A stretch of 64,000 nucleotides of DNA from Chloroflexota bacterium (GTDB lineage Bacteria; Chloroflexota; Dehalococcoidia; Lucifugimonadales; GCA-002723415), in assembly GCA_002721445.1 (NCBI GenBank), contig PBKN01000008.1, positions 4,156-68,155 on the forward strand, in the 5' to 3' direction. The first letter of the stretch is position 1; each line of letters begins with the position of its first letter. Of this stretch, positions 58,008 through 64,000 are shown one piece after another. Made by a program: the position numbers and the translations under genes. The notes beneath the pieces were generated by a model that worked only from the letters and a program-made list of their open reading frames with translations, did not search any database and was not told the DNA's origin.

Positions 58008-59798
58008 TTATCTTCTCTTTCCACTTTTTGATTTTCTTTTACCTTTATCCTTTTTATTATCAATTTTCGCCCCGCGTCTAGCCATTAACCCACCTTTAAG
58101 ACCTTCAATATCTTCAGCAAATCTGATTTTACCAGTATCATCAGATCCACGAGCTGCTTTAACTGACCATACATCTTCTGGTAAATCTCTAATAGATGAA
58201 AGTGAATCATCGCCTTCTTCTACAGGCGTACTCCCTGATTCCTGAGAATCTAAATCTTGCAAATTAATACTGGATACTTCTTCTTTGCTAGTATCAGGTT
58301 TTTCTAATACAGGTTCAGAAGCAACCGGTTGTTCAATTTCAACGCTTGAACTTTGCTTTTCTTCAATTTCATTTTGAGATTCCTCAATAACTTCTTGATC
58401 ACCAGTTACTTCTTCAGATGTCTCTTTATCCTTAACTTTTACATCCTCTGAATCTTCTATAGTTTCAGCTTTAGAAGATTTTGCTTTTTCAGCAGCCAAG
58501 ACTTTATCAACTGATTCTGCCTTGATTTCAGGCTTGGTAGCAGCAACTTTAGACTTATTATATTCATCAATACATGTCAATAATTCCTCATAAGACTTCA
58601 ATCCAAAACCTTTAATTTCAGTTAAAGCTGATTGCGACATTAAAGAAATCTCACTTAAATTCTTCAAATCTGCACTAAGCAATATATTTAAAGTTCTTGT
58701 AGACAAACCAATATCACTTAATAAAGCATCAGTTGATATTATTATTGGAGATCCTTGCTCAGGATCAACATCTAATTCACTACGTATATCTAAATTCCAA
58801 GAAGTTAATTTAGCAGCCAATCTAACATTCTGGCCTTCCTTTCCTATAGCCAAGGAAAGCTGCCTGTCTGGCACAGTAACCACTGCTGTTTTTAATTCTT
58901 CATTCATAAAAACATTAACTACCTGAGCTGGATTCAAAGCATTAGTAATAAGGGTAACAGGGTCTTTACTCCATTCAATTACATCAATTTTTTCACCCTG
59001 CAATTCATTAACAATACTCTGAATTCGAACACCCCTCAAACCTACACATGAACCTACAGGATCAACTCTGTCCTGTATAGCTCTAACAGCTATTTTTGTA
59101 CGAAAACCTGGCTCTCTTGAAATAGCAACTATTTCAACAGCTCCGTTAGCTATTTCAGGTACTTCTATTTCAAAAAGCCTCTTGATCAACCTTGTATCTA
59201 CTCTAGAAACTACTAAGTCAGGACCAGTTGACAATGTATTTACAGCACTTAAAATGACTCTAAGCTTTAACCCAACTCTATATCGATCAGTAAATACTTG
59301 TTCACTCATTGGGAGTATTGCCTCAGCCTTACCCAAGTCAACAACTACTTGCTTCGGCTCAACTCTATGAATTGACACAGAAAAGAGCTCCCCTTCTCTT
59401 TCAGAATATTCAGTAAAAATAATCTCTCTCTCAGCTTCTCGTAATCGCTGCATAACAACTTGCTTTGCCGTTTGAGCAGCAATTCTGCCAGCCATATTAG
59501 GTAGCCTCTCTGTAGCCACAGAATCATTAATACTTGCTCCTGCTTGAATAGCAGTAGCTTCTTCAAGAGAAATTTCCATTGATGCATCTTCAACTTTTTC
59601 AACTACAGTCTTAACTAAATATACTGATATCTCTCCACTGCCAGGGTCAAGTTTTACAGAAACATTTTGACCTGTTGCCATCATATCTTTTCTATATGCA
59701 GAGACTAAACCTGCTTCTATAGCAGATAAAACAGCCTCTCTAGGCAAATTTCTCTCAGCAGCTAACTGCGTCAAAGCAACTAGAAAATCGCTCTTCAT
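58008..59798 (-). CDS. nusA: transcription termination/antitermination factor NusA with a roughly 180-aa acidic-then-basic C-terminal extension
   Basis: The N-terminal domain, S1 and KH1/KH2 (AIGKEGQNVRLAAKLT) plus one HhH-like module are present. A Glu/Ser/Asp-rich tail then ends in KKDKGKRKSKSGKRR. Confidence 0.95.
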   Translation of the reverse strand: MKSDFLVALTQLAAERNLPREAVLSAIEAGLVSAYRKDMMATGQNVSVKLDPGSGEISVYLVKTVVEKVEDASMEISLEEATAIQAGASINDSVATERLPNMAGRIAAQTAKQVVMQRLREAEREIIFTEYSEREGELFSVSIHRVEPKQVVVDLGKAEAILPMSEQVFTDRYRVGLKLRVILSAVNTLSTGPDLVVSRVDTRLIKRLFEIEVPEIANGAVEIVAISREPGFRTKIAVRAIQDRVDPVGSCVGLRGVRIQSIVNELQGEKIDVIEWSKDPVTLITNALNPAQVVNVFMNEELKTAVVTVPDRQLSLAIGKEGQNVRLAAKLTSWNLDIRSELDVDPEQGSPIIISTDALLSDIGLSTRTLNILLSADLKNLSEISLMSQSALTEIKGFGLKSYEELLTCIDEYNKSKVAATKPEIKAESVDKVLAAEKAKSSKAETIEDSEDVKVKDKETSEEVTGDQEVIEESQNEIEEKQSSSVEIEQPVASEPVLEKPDTSKEEVSSINLQDLDSQESGSTPVEEGDDSLSSIRDLPEDVWSVKAARGSDDTGKIRFAEDIEGLKGGLMARRGAKIDNKKDKGKRKSKSGKRR

Positions 59799-59827
59799 TC
59801 CCTCCCAACCTCCTGTTTTTAAATTAC

Positions 59828-59870
59828 TTCTTTATTTTTTTACAAAAATAAAGAAAGGGGGTAACCCCCC
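59828..59870 (-). promoter_or_regulatory. two adjacent hairpins in the nusA 5' leader (candidate attenuator)
   Basis: The minus strand reads GGGGG-TTA-CCCCC (59869-59857), immediately followed by TTCTTTATTTTT-gtaa-AAAAATAAAGAA (59855-59828). The U-rich 5' arm of the second hairpin doubles as a U-tract after the GC stem. Confidence 0.35.
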
Positions 59871-60017
59871 TCATTTATCTCTTTTAAAATTTATTAATAC
59901 AAATTATATCATTTTGCAATATAATTTACAAGGATATTATAATATATTTTATGATCCGAATAATATAATATTATTATTATCAATTTATTAAAGATAATAG
60001 ACAAAAAATAATTTTAA

Positions 60018-60809
60018 ATGCCATATAAATTTATTAAAATACTTAATCTAATAATCGTAATAGTAATATCTAATTTATCGATAATTTACTGTTCTAACAA
60101 TGATTCAAAAAATACTGAATTACTTGTTTTTGCCCCTGCAAGTATGAGTGATGTTCTACCGGAAGTGTTACTGAATTTCAAGGATCCAGATATCAATGTT
60201 ATATTTGACTTTGGAGGCTCTGCCATATTAGCTAGTAAAATATCAAATGGGGCACCGGCAAATATTTATATATCAGCAGGAACTTCTACATTTAAAATAT
60301 TAGAAAGCAATAACTTACTTGCTAAAGATCCTGAAACAATTGTAAAAAACTCTTTAATTCTAGTTGCAACTAAAGAATTTCAGAATTTAAATACAATTTA
60401 TGATATTGAAAAAAAAGAAATTTCTAGAATAGCGATTGCAAACCCAGACTTTGCTCCTGCTGGTGAATATGCAATCGAAGCTTTAAGAAACTTAAAAATC
60501 TGGAACTCAATTAAAGATAAAGTAGTTTTTGGAGCAGATGTCCGATCAACTTTAAACTATGTTATAACTGAAAATTCAGATATAGCTATTGTTTATGCTA
60601 GCGATATCTTATCGACTTCTTTAAAACCTATAAAAATAATTCCAAAAGATTCATATTCAAATATTATATATCCTGCTACTATTATCAAAAATTCAAAAAA
60701 CCAAGCAGAATCTGAAAAGTTCCTGCAACATTTACTATCTGAATCAAGTCAAAAAATATTTTATAAGTATGGATTCAATCCAGTAATTAATATAGAATCA
60801 TCAAAATAA
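60018..60809 (+). CDS. modA: molybdate ABC transporter substrate-binding lipoprotein
   Basis: The signal with LSIIYC, LLVFAPASMSDVL and ADVRSTLNYV...D.AIVYASD are present. Confidence 0.85.
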   Translation: MPYKFIKILNLIIVIVISNLSIIYCSNNDSKNTELLVFAPASMSDVLPEVLLNFKDPDINVIFDFGGSAILASKISNGAPANIYISAGTSTFKILESNNLLAKDPETIVKNSLILVATKEFQNLNTIYDIEKKEISRIAIANPDFAPAGEYAIEALRNLKIWNSIKDKVVFGADVRSTLNYVITENSDIAIVYASDILSTSLKPIKIIPKDSYSNIIYPATIIKNSKNQAESEKFLQHLLSESSQKIFYKYGFNPVINIESSK

Positions 60810-60837
60810 TATAATTTTAATAGGAATAATATTTATA

Positions 60838-61494
60838 TTGAATGAAATATTTTTTTTAAGTCTAAAAGTAGCATTAACTGCAACTATTATTAACTTACCT
60901 ATATCAATATTAATTGCTTGGGTATTAACTAAAACCAAAATACCCGGCAGATCAATTCTTGATTTAATAATTTTAATACCCTTAGCGATACCACCAGTAA
61001 TAGTAGGGTTTTTTCTACTTATAATTTTTGGTAAGAATGGACCTTTAGGTTCATTAATAAATAATATATTTGGAACGAATATTATATTTACTTGGATAGC
61101 AGCAGTATTAGCATCATCAATTGTATCTATTCCATTAATGGTAAGACCAATAATCGTATCAATGTCTGATATAGATGAAAACTTAGAAAAATCTGCACGA
61201 ATATTGGGGGCTAGTTATATAAAATCTTTCATAAGTATTACGTTACCATTATCATACAAAGGAATAACAGCAGGAATATTACTCGGATTTATCAGAGCTT
61301 TTTCAGAATTTGGTGCAACTATAATAGTTGCAGGAAACATTCCGGGTAAGACACAAACTGTTCCTTTAGCTATATATACCAATATAATCACTGGTAACAA
61401 TGATGAAGTATTTAAAATGGTAGCTATATGCCTGGCTCTATCAATAACTAGTATATTAATATATACAAAATTACTATCAACAACAAGAAAGTAA
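60838..61494 (+). CDS. modB: molybdate ABC transporter permease
   Basis: The protein has five TM segments and the EAA-type loop ENLEKSARILGAS....F..ITLPL. Confidence 0.9.
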   Translation: MNEIFFLSLKVALTATIINLPISILIAWVLTKTKIPGRSILDLIILIPLAIPPVIVGFFLLIIFGKNGPLGSLINNIFGTNIIFTWIAAVLASSIVSIPLMVRPIIVSMSDIDENLEKSARILGASYIKSFISITLPLSYKGITAGILLGFIRAFSEFGATIIVAGNIPGKTQTVPLAIYTNIITGNNDEVFKMVAICLALSITSILIYTKLLSTTRK

Positions 61495-61524
61495 TCCTTT
61501 TATAAATAATATGGAGAATATAAA

Positions 61525-62247
61525 TTGGTTAATAAATCAAAACAAAACGAAATATTATTAAAAGTCAATATTGAAAAAAGATTTGATACTTTCTCTTTAA
61601 ATTGCTCAGTTGATATACCAAATGGTGTTACCAGTATAATTGGTCCTTCAGGAAGTGGCAAAACAACTCTTTTAAATTGTATTGCTGGTGTTTCCCAACC
61701 TGATACTGGATATATATCACTAAATTCAAATATTTTATTCTCATCTGTAAATAGAACAAATACCCATTTAAATAAAAGAGGTATAGGATATGTATTTCAA
61801 ACACATACTCTTTTTCCACATATGACTGTATTGCAAAATATTCGTTATGGCTATGATATGACTCCTAAAGAAAAAAAACGTATAAATATAGACGAATTAA
61901 TTGAAATATTCCAGTTGTCTAAATTAATAAAAAGATATCCTAAAAACCTATCAGGTGGAGAAAAACAAAGAGTAGATATTGCAAGATCTATAGCTAAATC
62001 ACCAGATTTACTTTTAATGGATGAACCAATAGTTTCTTTAGATATTAAATTGAAAAAAATAATATTAGATTACCTAAAATTAACTTGGACTCAATTACAA
62101 ATTCCAGTTTTATATGTAACTCATTTTATTTCTGATGCTGAAAATATTTCAGATAAATGTTTAATAATCTCTAAAGGGCAAAAAATAGCTTTTGGAAAAA
62201 CACAAGCTATACTATCAGATAAAAATATTCTCTCTTTGTTTGATTAA
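61525..62247 (+). CDS. modC: ABC transporter ATP-binding protein (ModC-like, no C-terminal TOBE domain)
   Basis: Walker A GPSGSGKTT, the signature LSGGEKQRV and Walker B LLLMDEP are present. The protein ends right after the NBD at 240 aa. Confidence 0.85.
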   Translation: MVNKSKQNEILLKVNIEKRFDTFSLNCSVDIPNGVTSIIGPSGSGKTTLLNCIAGVSQPDTGYISLNSNILFSSVNRTNTHLNKRGIGYVFQTHTLFPHMTVLQNIRYGYDMTPKEKKRINIDELIEIFQLSKLIKRYPKNLSGGEKQRVDIARSIAKSPDLLLMDEPIVSLDIKLKKIILDYLKLTWTQLQIPVLYVTHFISDAENISDKCLIISKGQKIAFGKTQAILSDKNILSLFD

Positions 62248-62361
62248 TTATGTATTACTTTGAATAAACAAAATAACCTATTTATGAAGAAATAACCCTT
62301 GATATGTTAATAACATATATTTATTCTAAATAATATAATAAATATAAATTATTAAAAAGAT

Positions 62362-63195
62362 ATGTTGAAAAATTTCAAAGAAAAATTATCCACTAATTAT
62401 AAAATAAACAATAGTATATTATGTATAGGTTTAGACCCAGATTTAAATTTAATGCCTGTATCTGACATTACAAAATTTAATAAAATAATTATTGACTCAA
62501 CTAAAAATTTTGCCTGTGCATATAAACCAAATTTATCTTTTTATGAAGCTTTGGGATCTTTAGGTATAAAAGCATTAGAAAATACCATAGATTATATTAG
62601 ACAAACTGCTCCTGATAAATTAATTATAGGAGATGGAAAAAGAGGGGATATCGGTTCAACAAATGAAAAATACGTAGAAGCATTTTTTGAATACTGGGGA
62701 TTTGATGCTATAACAGTGAATCCTTTTGCTGGACAAGATTCTTTTGAACCATTTATAAAATATAAAGATAAAGGTATATTTTTGTGGTGTAAATCATCCA
62801 ACCCAAAATCAGAAGAATTTCAAAATAAAAAAATAATCCATAAAGACAAAACTATAAAATTTTATGAATGGATAGCTCTAAGAGCTAATAAATGGAATAA
62901 ACATAATAATATTGCCTTAATTGTCGGTGCAACCTACCCAAAAGAGTTGAAAGAAATTCGGAATATTGCACCAGAATTACCCATATTAATACCTGGAATA
63001 GGAGCACAATCAGGTAATATAAAAAAAGTGATAGATTCAAGTGTAAATACAAATAGCCCCAATATTTTAATTAGTGCATCAAGAAGCATATTATATGCTT
63101 CTAAAAACAAATTAGACTATGCAATGAAATCACATAAAGCTGCTAAGATTTTAAATGACCAAATTAACTCTCATATTGAACAACTTAAAAAATAG
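62362..63195 (+). CDS. pyrF: orotidine-5'-phosphate decarboxylase, type 2
   Basis: LCIGLDPD, YKPNLSFYE, GDGKRGDIGST and VNPFAG are present. Confidence 0.9.
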   Translation: MLKNFKEKLSTNYKINNSILCIGLDPDLNLMPVSDITKFNKIIIDSTKNFACAYKPNLSFYEALGSLGIKALENTIDYIRQTAPDKLIIGDGKRGDIGSTNEKYVEAFFEYWGFDAITVNPFAGQDSFEPFIKYKDKGIFLWCKSSNPKSEEFQNKKIIHKDKTIKFYEWIALRANKWNKHNNIALIVGATYPKELKEIRNIAPELPILIPGIGAQSGNIKKVIDSSVNTNSPNILISASRSILYASKNKLDYAMKSHKAAKILNDQINSHIEQLKK

Positions 63196-63219
63196 TAATT
63201 AAGTTAAGGATAAATATTT

Positions 63220-64000
63220 ATGGATATTTCTTTAATACAAATGAATAGTGGAGAAAAAACAACTGAAAAGAATGTGGCAAAAGCATGTGATTTCATAGAT
63301 AAAGCTGCAAAAGATTCTCCTGACATCATTGTAACCCCAGAATATTTTAATACTGGTTATTTCCCTATGTATAGAGATTTTAAAAACTACTCAAAAGCTG
63401 AACGAGAAGATGGGTATACAATTACAATTATTAAAGATAAAGCAAAGCAACATAAAACACATATAGCTGCTACAATTATTGAAGAAGATGCGATGGGAGT
63501 ATTCTACAACTCCACTATTTTAATTAATCCAAACGGTGAAATATTAGGTAAATATAGAAAAATGCACCCGCCAGCTAATAGTAGCCTTGAAAAAATATAT
63601 TATAGGAATGGAGCGAATTTCAGAACATTTAAGATTGAAGATTTTAATGTATCTTTTCTAATTTGTGCTGATTTTTATTTCCCTGAAGCACCAAGGTCTG
63701 CAATGTTAAATGGAGCTGATTTAATATTAATACCATTTTGTGAAGTAGGTTATTATACTTCTCCAGAGGTTTCTAACAAACCGGAAGATATAGAAAAAGG
63801 TCTTCAAAAGAAAAACTTTGACTCAGGACAAAGAAGGCTCTTGTGGAATTCACTATCAATGATAAGAGCTTATGAAAATGCTTGTTACGTTGCGCCATGC
63901 AATCATATTGGTTACGAATTTGATTCTTATATGGCTGGAGGCTCATTAATATGTGATCCAACTGGCAAAATAATTGTACAAGCAGAAGATGAAGAAATGG
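63220..64000 (+). CDS. carbon-nitrogen hydrolase (nitrilase superfamily), 3' end outside window
   Basis: The ORF is not in the track because it has no stop within the window. Hand translation gives MDISLIQMNSGEK...IIVTPEYF (Glu), GKYRKMHP (Lys) and FLICADFYFPE (Cys), which is the E-K-C triad. An AAGGA SD is present. Confidence 0.8.
   Translation, partial: MDISLIQMNSGEKTTEKNVAKACDFIDKAAKDSPDIIVTPEYFNTGYFPMYRDFKNYSKAEREDGYTITIIKDKAKQHKTHIAATIIEEDAMGVFYNSTILINPNGEILGKYRKMHPPANSSLEKIYYRNGANFRTFKIEDFNVSFLICADFYFPEAPRSAMLNGADLILIPFCEVGYYTSPEVSNKPEDIEKGLQKKNFDSGQRRLLWNSLSMIRAYENACYVAPCNHIGYEFDSYMAGGSLICDPTGKIIVQAEDEEM

Noticed and set aside
59934-59975. AT-only palindromes upstream of modA (ATATTATAATAT and AATAATAT-A-ATATTATT), considered as ModE-type operators.
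   Set aside because: They consist purely of A/T in an extremely AT-rich spacer, so chance occurrence is plausible. They do not resemble the known ModE site, and no modE-like gene is seen.
3960-63961. Other short track ORFs: 3960-4163, 5172-5447, 5868-6089, 8561-8884, 14921-15130, 18169-18384, 19267-19464, 22372-22590, 26025-26228, 26908-27114, 29533-29739, 30600-30854, 33153-33380, 34317-34526, 34908-35153, 37010-37261, 42380-42625, 49786-49968, 53064-53312, 57461-57730, 59182-59370, 59345-59602, 61215-61400, 61628-61819, 62592-62801 and 63773-63961.
   Set aside because: Each is nested within, or largely overlaps, a longer CDS with clear family motifs, either on the opposite strand or in another frame. 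None has recognisable motifs. All are treated as shadow ORFs.
1-64000. Alternative genetic code or programmed recoding.
   Set aside because: All conserved genes translate end to end in the standard code with full-length products. No in-frame stops interrupt recognisable domains.

Overview
The window is a visibly AT-rich, very gene-dense bacterial chromosome segment with about 70 CDS, frequent 4-13 nt gene overlaps, and many TTG or GTG starts preceded by GGAG-type Shine-Dalgarno sequences. The only conspicuously GC-rich stretch is a tRNA-Trp(CCA) followed by a type-A RNase P RNA at 19.49-19.97 kb on the minus strand. Core housekeeping blocks are nusA-ylxR-infB-rbfA-truB, rplU-rpmA, rpmE, hisH-hisA-hisF-hisIE, and one long minus-strand run gdh-coaX-coaBC-trpS-trpE-trpG-trpD-trpC-trpF. 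Further housekeeping genes are metG plus a polyprenyl synthase, rsmI, pyk-cysS, pyrF and modABC. The left third (0-19 kb) looks more accessory. It carries a Hanks kinase, lipoproteins, a mannonate-dehydratase-like enzyme, an orphan molybdo-hydroxylase large subunit with a LysR regulator, sthA, mpg, an MFS transporter, an M20 amidohydrolase, a Cys-type sulfatase, a 2-hydroxyacid dehydrogenase, an M19 dipeptidase and a LysE exporter. Gene content and order (ylxR, a DUF5679-like mini zinc ribbon, a COG1579-type Zn-ribbon gene near rnpB, type III CoaX, type-A RNase P) suggest a streamlined Terrabacteria-type lineage such as Chloroflexota or Actinomycetota, but this cannot be proven from the window. 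I found no rRNA, no CRISPR array, no intact mobile element and no sign of an alternative genetic code. The items most worth follow-up are these four. (1) A full-length CysRS is fused in frame to a GT2 glycosyltransferase domain. (2) A solitary large-serine-recombinase homologue, apparently lacking the catalytic Ser/Arg motifs, is wedged between rnpB/tRNA-Trp and a conserved Zn-ribbon gene. (3) A roughly 220-nt leader with a strong intrinsic terminator lies directly in front of a moeB/thiF-like gene. (4) An unlisted 32-codon membrane-peptide ORF sits in the trpG-trpD gap. Two ORFs absent from the supplied track are also reported: the 46-aa zinc ribbon at 54368-54508 and the 3'-open nitrilase-family gene from 63220. 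All motif matches were read by eye; no database search or computation was run.
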